This document shows positions 1 to 9,530 of a stretch of 64,000 nt of DNA, piece by piece. Position 1 is the stretch's first letter. Each line of letters starts with the position of its first letter. Both the position numbers and the translations under genes were made by a program. The stretch is from contig JADFNB010000013.1 of the NCBI GenBank assembly GCA_022563595.1, positions 9,695 through 73,694 of the forward strand, read 5' to 3'. Below the pieces are notes generated by a model. That model saw nothing but the letters and a program-made list of their open reading frames with translations. It did no database searches and was not told the DNA's origin. The stretch comes from Gemmatimonadota bacterium (GTDB lineage Bacteria; Gemmatimonadota; Gemmatimonadetes; Gemmatimonadales; GWC2-71-9).

Positions 1-826
1 CCTGGTAAGGGAAAAACCCGAACTGTGCGACGGTCGGTCCGTAGAGAGCGACCACCGGTGTACCAACGGCCGTCGCGAGGTGCATGAGCCCCGAATCGTT
101 CGCGACCACCACGCGAGCCCGCCGCATCAGCGCCGCCGTGGCGTCGATACCGATACCGAATCCGTCGACGACACCCGTCCCTTTGAGGATGGAGCGCTCG
201 GCGTCCATACCGACGCCGACGACAGCTACCTCGGATTCGCGCAGCAGGCGCACTAACTCGTGCCAGTGTGTCCCGGGCCAGCGCTTGGTGGCGTGTGCCG
301 CGCCGGGCGCGAGGACGATACACACGCCGTCGCAGACCGCGCGGGCCCGCTCCTCGGCATCCGGGCCGGTGAATACCTCGGCGGCGCGTCCGTCGGGATG
401 AACGTCCAGATCGCGGGCAGCCTCGAAGTAGCGCTCCGCAACCGGGACGGTCGGCCCGTACCGATCCATGCCGGACCGAATGAGCAGCGTGCGTCGCAAC
501 CTCCGCTTGGCGTATGAGCGCCACGTGCCGGGAACGAGCGCGCGCAGGAGCACCGACCTGAGGCTGCCGTGCAGGTCCAACCGATGGTCCCAGGTCGTGC
601 AGCGCAGATGCCGTCCCAAGGTGCGCAGCGAACCGTCCGGGTCGAGCGTGACCACCTCACGCACGTGCGGATTGTGAGCGAGGAGTGGAGCGTACGCGTG
701 CTTCGTGACGAACGTGATCGCCGCGTCGGAATGGGTGCGGCGGATCGCGCGAAGCAACGGCGTCGTCAGGATCACATCGCCCAACGAGCCGAATCGGACG
801 ACCATTACCTTCGGGCACGCGGGCAT
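1..826 (-). CDS. glycosyltransferase family 9 (LPS heptosyltransferase-like); 3' end runs off the window
   Basis: My reverse-strand translation from the ATG at 826 gives MPACPKVMVVRFGSLGDVILTTPLLRAIRR...VVVANDSGLMHLATAVGTPVVALYGPT with no stop down to position 1. The SLGD and NDSG-x-MHLA motifs are typical of GT9. It is absent from the ORF track because no stop codon lies inside the window. Confidence 0.8.
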   Translation of the reverse strand, partial: MPACPKVMVVRFGSLGDVILTTPLLRAIRRTHSDAAITFVTKHAYAPLLAHNPHVREVVTLDPDGSLRTLGRHLRCTTWDHRLDLHGSLRSVLLRALVPGTWRSYAKRRLRRTLLIRSGMDRYGPTVPVAERYFEAARDLDVHPDGRAAEVFTGPDAEERARAVCDGVCIVLAPGAAHATKRWPGTHWHELVRLLRESEVAVVGVGMDAERSILKGTGVVDGFGIGIDATAALMRRARVVVANDSGLMHLATAVGTPVVALYGPTVAQFGFFPYQ

Positions 827-909
827 CGGCCGGTGGAATGTATCGTGCCTGGCTGCGTGCTGCCAGGTAGCGCGTTGCTGCTCCCTGCAACCTCCGATAG
901 CTTTGACTC

Positions 910-2478
910 ATGACTCGGTCTAAGACGGTCTTGTGGATTGACGACGAAGTGGAGGCGCTGGAGGCGCACGCCCGGTTTCTCGAGGAACAGGGCTACGTCG
1001 TCGAACTCATCGCGCACGGTGACGACGCGCTCGCTCTTCTCCGGCGCCGGCCCTACGGCGTCATACTGCTCGACGAACAGATGCCAGGACGACGGGGGCT
1101 CGAACTCATCGGGGAAATCCGCGCAATCGATCCCGCTGTTCCGGTCGTGATGGTCACCAAGAGCGAAGCGGCGGACACGATGCGCGAGGCGATCGGGATC
1201 GAGATCGATGACTACCTCGTCAAACCGGTCAATCCTCGGCAGGTACTGAGCGCGATCACGCGGCTCGTCGAGGGCGACCGCATCCGGGAACAGCGGTTGG
1301 CGCGGGACTTTGTGGGGCGGTTCCGCGAGCTGGAGGAACGCCGGAGCACGCGGATGGGCTGGCGCGAATGGACCGAGCTCGTGGGTGAACTCGCCCAGTG
1401 GGAAGTGCGGCTCACATCGGACGATCAGGGCGGACTCAGAGAGGCGCTCCGTAACCTGCAGAGCAGCGTGCACGCCGACTTCGCGAAGTTCATCGAATGG
1501 CGATACCCCGAATGGCTGGCCAACCCGGAAGGCGATCGGCCACCGTTGTCGGTCGATGTCGTGAGCGAATTTCTCTGTCCACTGCTGCGGCAGCATCCTA
1601 CGGTGTTGTTCGTGGTGGTCGATTGTCTACGTCTCGATCAGTGGGAAACGTTGAGACCTCTCCTCGCCGATCGGTTCGATGTGGAGATGTCGTACTACTT
1701 CAGCATCCTCCCGACAGCGACACCGTTTGCCAGGAACGGCATCTTCAGCGGTCTGTTTCCGGTGGAGATCGCGGAGCGTCACCCGGCCTGGTGGCACGAG
1801 CGCGAGGACGAGAGCCTGAACGCCCACGAAGCCGAGTTCCTAACAGCGCAACTGCGCGAGCTACAGGATGCGCCGGTGCCGGTGCGATACGTGAAGCTCA
1901 CGACAATGGCTGACGGAGAGGAACTCATCCGCCAGCTTCCGGGCTACCTGGCGAAACCGGGCGTGACGGCTCTGGTGTTCAACTTCATCGACCAACTCAC
2001 GCATGGGCGTGCCGAGAACGCCATTCTATATGAGGTGGCGCGAGATGCGGCGGCACTCCGCAGTCTGACCCGCACGTGGTTCCAGGCTTCGGCGCTGATG
2101 CGTGCGTTGCGCGAGGCGGAGCGCCGCAATGTCCCGGTGATCCTCACCAGCGATCACGGGTCCATTCACTGCCACTCGCCGGCCACGGTCTTTGCCAAGC
2201 GGGATGCCACGCAGAACCTGCGGTACAAGTTCGGTGACGACCTGCGGGCGGAGACTCCCGAAGCGGCCATCAGCGTCTCCGATCTCCCCGCGTGGGGGCT
2301 GCCGAAGCGCAAACTCGGCGTGCGGATGCTCCTAGCGACCGGCGACCATTTCTTCGTCTATCCGACCAAACTGCGAGAGTATCAGGCGCGATACCGCGGA
2401 TCGTTCCTGCACGGCGGCGCCACGCCCGAGGAAATGATCCTTCCGGTAGCGCTCCTGCTCCCCCGTAGAGCGACCTGA
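910..2478 (+). CDS. response regulator receiver domain fused to a PglZ/alkaline-phosphatase-like domain (PorX-type architecture)
   Basis: The REC motifs are WIDDE, ILLDEQMPG, VVMVTKS and DYLVKP. The C-terminal PglZ-like motifs are VVDCLRLDQWE, SILPTATPFARNGIFSG and LTSDHGS. Confidence 0.85.
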   Translation: MTRSKTVLWIDDEVEALEAHARFLEEQGYVVELIAHGDDALALLRRRPYGVILLDEQMPGRRGLELIGEIRAIDPAVPVVMVTKSEAADTMREAIGIEIDDYLVKPVNPRQVLSAITRLVEGDRIREQRLARDFVGRFRELEERRSTRMGWREWTELVGELAQWEVRLTSDDQGGLREALRNLQSSVHADFAKFIEWRYPEWLANPEGDRPPLSVDVVSEFLCPLLRQHPTVLFVVVDCLRLDQWETLRPLLADRFDVEMSYYFSILPTATPFARNGIFSGLFPVEIAERHPAWWHEREDESLNAHEAEFLTAQLRELQDAPVPVRYVKLTTMADGEELIRQLPGYLAKPGVTALVFNFIDQLTHGRAENAILYEVARDAAALRSLTRTWFQASALMRALREAERRNVPVILTSDHGSIHCHSPATVFAKRDATQNLRYKFGDDLRAETPEAAISVSDLPAWGLPKRKLGVRMLLATGDHFFVYPTKLREYQARYRGSFLHGGATPEEMILPVALLLPRRAT

Positions 2479-4287
2479 GTGCAGCGCTTCCGGCGCCTGC
2501 TCGGCTATCTACGGCCGTATCGCGGGTGGTTCGCTGCCGGTCTGATCGCTGCCCTGTTCGCGTCGGTGCTCGACGGGTTCACGTTCACGCTGCTCATTCC
2601 GTTCCTGCGCTTGCTCTTCGGCGCCGCCACGGCGATACCCGATGCACCGACTCTGGTCGAGCGCGTCATGCACGCCGTGGCCGCTCCGCTGCTCGGTGAC
2701 GGAGATGCGCGGACGGCGTTAGCCGCCGTCACGGGGCTGATAGTTGCTGTAGTGTTGGTCAAGAACATGGCCGTGGTGATGGCGGGATACCTCGCCGTGT
2801 CCATTCAGGAAAGTGTGGCGCGCGACCTGCGCGTCGAGCTGTACGGTCACATACAGAAGCTGGGACTACCGTTCTATCAGCGGACCAAGGGCGGCCAGCT
2901 GTTGGCCCGGGTGCTGAGCGATTCCGAACAGGTCCGCGTGGGGGTCAGCAGCGCGCTGGTCTCCGTGTTGCGGAACGGCGCGCTGATCGTCGTCTACGTC
3001 GGGATCCTGTTTGCGTTGTCGTGGCGGCTAGCGCTGGTGACCTTGCCGCTCGCTCCCTCACTGGCGCTCATCATGCGTCCCATCCTCAAGCGGGTTCGCG
3101 CGCGCGCGCGGGATGCGGCCGAGGCGCGTGGCGTGCTGGCGGTCGTCGTCGCGGAGACGGTAGCCGGTGTACGGCTCGTCAAGACGCATACGGCCGAGCC
3201 CTATGAGCGCCGGCGCTTCGTGGAAGCCGCGCGCGGCCATCTTCGGGAACTGCTCCGCGCGCAGCGTCTGGCGATCCTGGCGAGTCCGTTGAGCGAGACA
3301 CTCGGCGCAGTCGTGATCGTCCTCCTGCTGCTGATCGGCATGCCGGGCGCGACGGGCGCCACCATGCGGCCAGAGGTGTTCGTGGCCTTCATCGCCGTGA
3401 CGCTCCGGCTGATGTCACCGGTCAAGGCGATGACGCAGTTCCCGGTGCTCGCCGCAGAAGCGCTCGCCGGCGCCGACCGGATCTTTGAGATGCTGGACCA
3501 GGAGCCGGACGACGTCGACCCGCCCGACGCGCTTACGTTTCCGGGGCTGGAGCGGGAGATCGTATTCGATGACGTGTGGTATGCCTACGAGCCGGGGCGC
3601 TGGGCTCTGCGCGGCATCGACCTCACCGTGGGCAGGGGTGAGGTGGTGGCCATCGTGGGTCCGTCGGGCGCCGGCAAATCGACGCTGGTCGACCTGCTGC
3701 CGCGCTTCATCGCCCCGCAGCGGGGTGCCGTACTGGTGGACGGGGTACCGCTGTCGACCTACAGCCGGCGGTCGATCCGCCAGGCTCTCGGCATCGTGAG
3801 CCAAGAGACCGTGATCTTCAACGACAGCGTGAGGGCGAACATCGCCTATGCGGAGCCCGGCGCCACCGACGCCGCCGTCGAAGCCGCGGCACGGGCTGCG
3901 AACGCGCACGAATTCATCGTTCAGCTCCCCGACGGATACGAAACCCAGCTCGGCGAGCGCGGTACGCGTCTGTCGGGTGGAGAACGTCAGCGGATAGCGA
4001 TCGCGCGGGTTCTGTTGCGGGACCCGCCGATCCTCATCCTGGATGAAGCCACGTCAGCGCTCGATACCGAGTCCGAGAGGTTGGTACAGGAGGCGATCGC
4101 GCGGCTCCTCGAGCATCGGACCGTACTGGTCATCGCCCATCGCCTCGCTACCGTTGCCCGTGCCGACCGGATCGTCGTGCTGGACGGCGGACGCCTGGTC
4201 GAGGCAGGGGATCACGCCAAGCTGGTATCGGCCGGCGGGTTGTACCAGCGGATTCACGAGTTCGAACAGTTGACGGTTAACGGCTGA
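2479..4287 (+). CDS. ABC transporter permease/ATP-binding protein, MsbA-like lipid exporter
   Basis: A six-TM N-terminal half is followed by Walker A GPSGAGKST, signature LSGGERQR and Walker B ILILDEATS. The GTG start directly abuts the upstream stop codon. Confidence 0.9.
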   Translation: MQRFRRLLGYLRPYRGWFAAGLIAALFASVLDGFTFTLLIPFLRLLFGAATAIPDAPTLVERVMHAVAAPLLGDGDARTALAAVTGLIVAVVLVKNMAVVMAGYLAVSIQESVARDLRVELYGHIQKLGLPFYQRTKGGQLLARVLSDSEQVRVGVSSALVSVLRNGALIVVYVGILFALSWRLALVTLPLAPSLALIMRPILKRVRARARDAAEARGVLAVVVAETVAGVRLVKTHTAEPYERRRFVEAARGHLRELLRAQRLAILASPLSETLGAVVIVLLLLIGMPGATGATMRPEVFVAFIAVTLRLMSPVKAMTQFPVLAAEALAGADRIFEMLDQEPDDVDPPDALTFPGLEREIVFDDVWYAYEPGRWALRGIDLTVGRGEVVAIVGPSGAGKSTLVDLLPRFIAPQRGAVLVDGVPLSTYSRRSIRQALGIVSQETVIFNDSVRANIAYAEPGATDAAVEAAARAANAHEFIVQLPDGYETQLGERGTRLSGGERQRIAIARVLLRDPPILILDEATSALDTESERLVQEAIARLLEHRTVLVIAHRLATVARADRIVVLDGGRLVEAGDHAKLVSAGGLYQRIHEFEQLTVNG

Positions 4288-4304
4288 CGGTCACCGATCC
4301 TGCG

Positions 4305-5366
4305 TTAGCCCTCCGCCGGTCTCGCCGTGATCGCCCCCGTGGGACATTGCGCCACACAGAATCCGTCGACCGGCGACCAATTAGGTTGCGCGTCGGTGAT
4401 GATCACCTTTCCGGTCCCGTCGTGCTGGAACAGTCCGGGCGGCCCGAGCGTCACGCATGCACCACACCCGACGCACCGCTCGCGGTCGACCTCGACGTGG
4501 AATCGGCGGCGCGGGAAGATCCCGGTCGCGCCGGGCACCGGCAGGGCGTCGGGGTCGTCGAGCCATTCCTTCGCCGCGCGATACCCCGCCTCCACCAGCT
4601 CGGCGTTGTGCGCGAACGACAAGAGAGAGATGTGCCACACCTCGGGTCGCAGCAGAACCAGCGCCGGCCGGTCCCAGTGTCGCAGTGCGGTCTCGTCCAT
4701 GCGTTTGACAGCGATCTCGATGGCGCGGGCGTAGACGGCGGCGAACCCTTCGTTCTGGACCCTCGACTGATCCCGGCGGCGCTGCCCGACGTCCACTGCC
4801 AGGACCATGTCGCGGTCGTGACGCGCCCCGGGATGTACGGGGAGGTTCGCGGCGGCGGCGCCGTCCACGAAGTATCGGCCGCGGATCTCGTGCGGTGCTA
4901 CGAACCCGGGTAGCGCGCACGAAGCCAGCACCGCGTCCGCCACCGGCACGTCCCTGAGTCCCTTCTGGCCCCAGAACACCTGCGTACCCGTATTGATGTC
5001 CACCGTGTTTACCAGCAGCGGCCGATTCAGCTCGTCGAAGGTCAGGTCGCCGAGCAGGCCATTGATGAAGTTGGCGAGCGGCTCCGTGCGGTAGAGCGCC
5101 GGCGAGCGCAGGCGCCTCATCGCCATATCGCGGTGGGCGATCTGAAACAGGTCGCTGCGTCGCAGATCCGCCAGGATGTGCCGCATCTCGTCGATCGGCA
5201 TGCCGGAACACCAGGCGGCGGCGATAAGCGCGCCGACGCTCGATCCGACGACGTCCTCCGGGAGGAACTCCTTCTCCTCGAGCGCTGCCAGCACCCCTAC
5301 GTGGGCGAGACCGCGCATCCCACCGCCTCCCAGGACCAACGTATAGTTACGCGCGAGCTTCACCAA
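4305..5366 (-). CDS. patatin-like phospholipase with a C-terminal single-cluster ferredoxin domain
   Basis: The oxyanion motif is GGGGMRG, the nucleophile motif GSSVG and the catalytic Asp motif VDGAAA. The last ~65 aa carry CVGCGAC ... CVAQCPTGAI (CxxCxxC...CP). Confidence 0.85.
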   Translation of the reverse strand: MVKLARNYTLVLGGGGMRGLAHVGVLAALEEKEFLPEDVVGSSVGALIAAAWCSGMPIDEMRHILADLRRSDLFQIAHRDMAMRRLRSPALYRTEPLANFINGLLGDLTFDELNRPLLVNTVDINTGTQVFWGQKGLRDVPVADAVLASCALPGFVAPHEIRGRYFVDGAAAANLPVHPGARHDRDMVLAVDVGQRRRDQSRVQNEGFAAVYARAIEIAVKRMDETALRHWDRPALVLLRPEVWHISLLSFAHNAELVEAGYRAAKEWLDDPDALPVPGATGIFPRRRFHVEVDRERCVGCGACVTLGPPGLFQHDGTGKVIITDAQPNWSPVDGFCVAQCPTGAITARPAEG

Positions 5367-5553
5367 TGCTCCCTTGCTTGAGCAGGGTCAGAATTCGGGC
5401 TGGGAATAACCTACCCGACGGGGCGCCGCTGTCACTACCTTGGTAGCTTTGAGCGGTTATGCCGCTACCCAACCATTCTACCGCTCCCGCAGCGGCGTTC
5501 GGGTCGAGTTGGTTCCGCCCACCACCTACGGCTGGCCCGACGATAAACGGATA

Positions 5554-5973
5554 ATGGGAAACTGCCTCTTCTGTTCTGTGATTCAACGGGTGATGCCGGG
5601 TTCGTTCGTGTACGAGGACGATCGGGCGGTGGCGTTTCTCGACGTGTATCCGGTGAACTCCGGTCACACACTCGTCGTGCCGAAGACCCACATGGCCGAT
5701 CTGAGAGATTGTCCGCCCGACCTGGCGGCGCATCTCTTCGCCGTCAGCACCCGGCTCGCTCCGGCGGTCGTTGCTGCCGTGGAGGCCGACGGGTTCAACG
5801 TGTGGACCGCCAACGGGCGAGCGGCGGGCCAGACCGTCTTTCATCTGCACCTGCACATCCTGCCGCGCTTCACCACCGACGCGTTCGGGTTCCGGTTCCC
5901 GGATGATTACCCCCGCGAGGCCGAGCGGGCGGAACTCGATGCAGTAGCCGCGAGGATCATATCGCAGGTGTGA
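5554..5973 (+). CDS. HIT family (histidine triad) hydrolase
   Basis: The sequence has MGNCLFCSVI and the histidine triad HLHLHILPR. The ORF-track start at 5440 is probably an upstream extension. The ATG at 5554 gives the usual ~139 aa. Confidence 0.85.
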   Translation: MGNCLFCSVIQRVMPGSFVYEDDRAVAFLDVYPVNSGHTLVVPKTHMADLRDCPPDLAAHLFAVSTRLAPAVVAAVEADGFNVWTANGRAAGQTVFHLHLHILPRFTTDAFGFRFPDDYPREAERAELDAVAARIISQV

Positions 5974-7231
5974 GTATGGAGTGTGTCTTCTTGCCGCGAC
6001 TGACGAAGTAATACCCGCCGGCGAGCGGGGCGGGCGCCTTGGAGTGCTGGTCGTCCCACCGCCGGCCGTTGACCGTGATCCCCCCCTGCCGGATCTGGCG
6101 GCGCGCCTCGCTCTTCGATCTCACCACCCCTGACATCGTGATCAGGTCCACGATAGGCGTGTCCGGGCCCATACCGGGCACGAGCGGCTTGCTCGGAATT
6201 TCGGAGGCGAGTGTCAGCCAGGTTTCCGCAGTGGCCTCGAGTGGATCCAACTCCCCGAAGAGCACCCGCGCGGCGTCTGTTGCGCTCCGCGCGGCGGCCT
6301 CGCCGTGCACACGCGCGGTGACCCTCGCCGCCAGAGCGCGCTGCGGCCCACGGGTACCGGGCTGGCTTGCATGCCGCTCCATGAGCTCCGCGATTGCCTC
6401 CCGCCCCTCGAACGTGAACATCTTGAGATAGGATTCCACATCACGATCGTCGGTGTTGATCCAGAACTGGTAGAACGCATAGGGCGAGGTCTGTTCCGGG
6501 TCGAGCCAGATAGTCTCTTCCTCGGACTTGCCGAACTTGTTGCCCGATGCGGTCGTGATAAGCGGAGCGGAGAGACCGTGCGCGTCGCCGCCGTCGAGGC
6601 GGCGGATCAACTCGATTCCTGCCGTGATGTTTCCCCATTGGTCGCTCCCGCCCATCTGCAGCTCGCACGCGTGGTGGCGGTACAGCTGGTAGAAATCGTA
6701 TGCCTGAAGCAGCATGTAACTGAACTCGGTGTAGGAGATGCCGCTCTCCATCCGGCTCTTCACCGATTCCTTCTGTAGCATGTACGCGACCGTGAAGTGT
6801 TTGCCGATGTCGCGCAGGAAGGAGACGAGATGCAGGGAATCCAGCCAAGCGGCGTTGTTCACCATGACGGCGTCACTGGGCCCCGCACCGAACTCGAGGA
6901 ACCGGGCCAGCTGGCGCTGCTGCCGCGCGACGTTCTCCTCGATCGTGGCATCGTCCAGGAGCGGGCGTTCGGCCCGTTTCCCGCTCGGATCACCGATGCG
7001 ACCGGTACCGCCGCCGACCACCACAATCGGTCGGCCGCCGGCCCTTTGCAGGTGCGCGAGCAACATGATCGGCACCAGGTTGCCCACCTGCAGGCTCCGT
7101 GCGGTGGGATCGAAGCCCACGTATCCCGTGATCGGCCCTTCCCCGAGCCGTTCCGCCAGGCCCGGGGTATGGTGGTATATCAGTCCGCGCCAGCTCAGTT
7201 CGTCCAGCAGACTCATGCCGATAGCCTTCAT
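5957..7231 (-). CDS. tyrS: tyrosine--tRNA ligase
   Basis: The sequence reads MKAIGMSLLDELSWRGLIYH, GYVGFDPTARSLQVGNL (HIGH-type) and KFGKSE (KMSKS-type), with a C-terminal S4 domain. ORF-track residues upstream of 7231 are a high-GC extension. Confidence 0.9.
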   Translation of the reverse strand: MKAIGMSLLDELSWRGLIYHHTPGLAERLGEGPITGYVGFDPTARSLQVGNLVPIMLLAHLQRAGGRPIVVVGGGTGRIGDPSGKRAERPLLDDATIEENVARQQRQLARFLEFGAGPSDAVMVNNAAWLDSLHLVSFLRDIGKHFTVAYMLQKESVKSRMESGISYTEFSYMLLQAYDFYQLYRHHACELQMGGSDQWGNITAGIELIRRLDGGDAHGLSAPLITTASGNKFGKSEEETIWLDPEQTSPYAFYQFWINTDDRDVESYLKMFTFEGREAIAELMERHASQPGTRGPQRALAARVTARVHGEAAARSATDAARVLFGELDPLEATAETWLTLASEIPSKPLVPGMGPDTPIVDLITMSGVVRSKSEARRQIRQGGITVNGRRWDDQHSKAPAPLAGGYYFVSRGKKTHSILTPAI

Positions 7232-7354
7232 GGTCTCGTCCCGTATGTCCCCGGTTCGCCGGCGTTGCTGCCGGCCTCTCGTGACGTCGGCGAAGGTTAC
7301 GAGTCCCTGGCGACGCTGGCAAGCAGAGCAGACGGTTCGTAGCTTTGGGGTCAC

Positions 7355-9508
7355 ATGAACCTCATCAAACGGAGCAGGAAGGTAGTTGCCGACCTGTGGA
7401 ACTGGTCCGTCGGCTCCGTGGCTGCCAGGCGATTCGTCGGGCTGGGTGCGCTCGCGTTTGTCGGCATGGGGCTCGGCGGGACGTGGGGTTCGTGGACCCG
7501 CGCCTGCGCCGGCGGCCACTGCCCGTCGATCGCTGAGTTCGAGGAGTTCCGGCCGAGCCAGGCGGCCAAAGTCTACGCGGCCGACGGCCGGCTGGTCACC
7601 GAGTTGGGGGTGGAACGGCGTACCGTCATGCGGCTGGAGGATCTGCCGCCCGCAGTAGCGGCGGCGTTCATCGCCGTCGAAGACAAGCGGTTCTACGAGC
7701 ACGGCGGCATCGATTACATCCGCTTCTTCGGGGCGCTGTGGCGGAATATCATGGAGTTGCGCTTCGCCGAAGGGTTCTCCACGATCACGATGCAGCTCGC
7801 CCGGAACGTCTTTCCGGAGAAACTCCCCAGCACCAAGACGATCGTGCGGAAGGTGCGCGAGGCGCGCGTGGCGCTCGAGCTGGAGCGCACCTACGACAAG
7901 GACAAGATCCTCGAGCTGTACCTCAACCAAGTATTCCTGGGAGGCTCCGCGTACGGCGTCGAAGCGGGCTCGCAGCGCTACTTCGGGAAGTCGTCACGCG
8001 AACTGAACGTCGCTGAGGCGGCGCTCCTGGCAGCGATTCTGAACCGCCCCGGGGCCTACGACCCACGACGTCATCCCGAGAGGGCCCTTCGCCGCCGCGC
8101 TATCGTGATCAACCTGATGCGTGATCAGGGATACCTCACTCCCGGTGACGCGGAGCGTTGGAAGGCGTATCCGATAGTGTTGAGCACACGGCAGGATTTT
8201 GGTGAGGTCGCGCCGTACTTCGTCGAGTGGGTGCGCCAGCAGGTGTACGCGCGGTTCGGCCGTGCGATCTACGAGCGCGGATTCCGTATCTACACGACCC
8301 TCGATCTCGACATGCAGATAGCCGCCGAGCGCGCGTTGCAGGACCAGTTGCTGGCGATCGAGAACGAGGAATACGGTATCTACAAGCACCCGACCTACCA
8401 GGCATACCTCGACTCGGTGGGTGCGGGCGGCGGCGGATCGGTGACACCGTATCTCCAGGGCGCGCTGGTGTCGGTGGAGGCGGCAACCGGATATGTCCGC
8501 GCCATGGTGGGCGGCCGCGACTTCACCGACTCGAAGTTCAACCGCGCTACGCAGGCGCGTCGCCAGGCCGGCTCGACATGGAAGCCGTTCGTCTATTCCG
8601 CGGCCATCCGGGCCGGCGTGCCGCTGAGCCACATCATCGACGACGCGCCGATCAGCCTCACTCTCCACGGGGACTCGATGCCCTGGGAGCCTCAGAACTA
8701 CGAGGGGGATTTCCGCGGACCAATGACACTGCGACGTGGGCTGGCGGTCTCGCGCAACCTTGTCGCGATCCGGCTGGGGCGCGAGATCGGGATTCAGCCC
8801 GTCCGCGGCGAGGCGATCCGGTTTGGGATCTCCACACCGGTCCCGTCGTACCAGTCGATGTTCATCGGCGCCGCGTCGGTCATTCCGCTCGAGATGGTCT
8901 CGGCCTACACCGCGTTCGCCACGCTGGGCGTGCGCGCGGCACCGGTGGGAATCCTCCGGGTCGAGGATGAGGAGGGCAACATCGTCTGGGAACCGCAGGT
9001 GCGGCTCGACCGCGTGATGGCCCCGCCGCATGCGTGGCTGGTGACGAGCATGCTGCAAGACGTCGTGAACCGCGGAACGGCGACCACAGCGGTCAGGAGG
9101 GAAGGGCAATTCACTCTCCCGGCGGGCGGCAAGACGGGTACGACGAACGACGGGACCGATGTCTGGTTCATCGGTTTCACCCCCGAGCTGGTGAGTGCCG
9201 TCTGGATCGGCCTGGATCGGCCGCAGCGTATCAAGTCGCGCTCCGCCGGTGGCATCCTCGCCGCGCCGATCTGGGTGGCGTTCATGCGGGACGTCTACGA
9301 AAGACGCCCACCGCCGCAAGGGTGGCGGCGCCCCGACGGTCTCACGAACGTGGCGATCGACAACACCACGGGCTACCGATGGACCGCGTTCTGTCCCGTG
9401 AACGCTCGCACCTTCGAGTGGTTCCTGCCCGGAACCGAACCGGTCGAGTTCTGCCCCATACACAATCCCTTCCTGCGTTCCGGGATATCGCTGCGGGGCG
9501 GGTCCTGA
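7355..9508 (+). CDS. mrcA: penicillin-binding protein 1A (bifunctional transglycosylase/transpeptidase)
   Basis: There is an N-terminal TM segment. The GT51 motifs are EDKRFYEHGGID and STITMQLARN. The transpeptidase motifs are STWKP (SxxK), SRN and KTGTT. Confidence 0.9.
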   Translation: MNLIKRSRKVVADLWNWSVGSVAARRFVGLGALAFVGMGLGGTWGSWTRACAGGHCPSIAEFEEFRPSQAAKVYAADGRLVTELGVERRTVMRLEDLPPAVAAAFIAVEDKRFYEHGGIDYIRFFGALWRNIMELRFAEGFSTITMQLARNVFPEKLPSTKTIVRKVREARVALELERTYDKDKILELYLNQVFLGGSAYGVEAGSQRYFGKSSRELNVAEAALLAAILNRPGAYDPRRHPERALRRRAIVINLMRDQGYLTPGDAERWKAYPIVLSTRQDFGEVAPYFVEWVRQQVYARFGRAIYERGFRIYTTLDLDMQIAAERALQDQLLAIENEEYGIYKHPTYQAYLDSVGAGGGGSVTPYLQGALVSVEAATGYVRAMVGGRDFTDSKFNRATQARRQAGSTWKPFVYSAAIRAGVPLSHIIDDAPISLTLHGDSMPWEPQNYEGDFRGPMTLRRGLAVSRNLVAIRLGREIGIQPVRGEAIRFGISTPVPSYQSMFIGAASVIPLEMVSAYTAFATLGVRAAPVGILRVEDEEGNIVWEPQVRLDRVMAPPHAWLVTSMLQDVVNRGTATTAVRREGQFTLPAGGKTGTTNDGTDVWFIGFTPELVSAVWIGLDRPQRIKSRSAGGILAAPIWVAFMRDVYERRPPPQGWRRPDGLTNVAIDNTTGYRWTAFCPVNARTFEWFLPGTEPVEFCPIHNPFLRSGISLRGGS

Positions 9509-9530
9509 TCGCCGTGCTGCTGCGCTCGGG

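Noticed and set aside
910-2478. The PglZ domain could mark a BREX phage-defence system.
   Set aside because: No other BREX genes (pglX methyltransferase, brxC, brxL and so on) are nearby. The PglZ domain is fused to a receiver domain, as in PorX-type regulators.
4305-5366. The patatin protein could be a CBASS effector (CapV-like).
   Set aside because: No cyclic-oligonucleotide synthase or other CBASS component is adjacent. The neighbours are housekeeping genes on both sides.
7232-7354. A T-box leader might lie upstream of tyrS.
   Set aside because: Only 123 nt separate tyrS from the divergent PBP1A gene, which is too short for a T-box. I saw no specifier or T-box motif.
7232-7930. The tyrS ORF has an N-terminal extension that makes it 657 aa in the ORF track. 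Similar extensions occur for the M14 peptidase (22200-22622), formate dehydrogenase (28258-28338), the radical SAM gene (42734-42922) and the barrel gene (19604-19792).
   Set aside because: Homology-type motifs begin only at the internal start codons, which have ribosome-binding sites. The extensions overlap neighbouring genes or divergent promoters.
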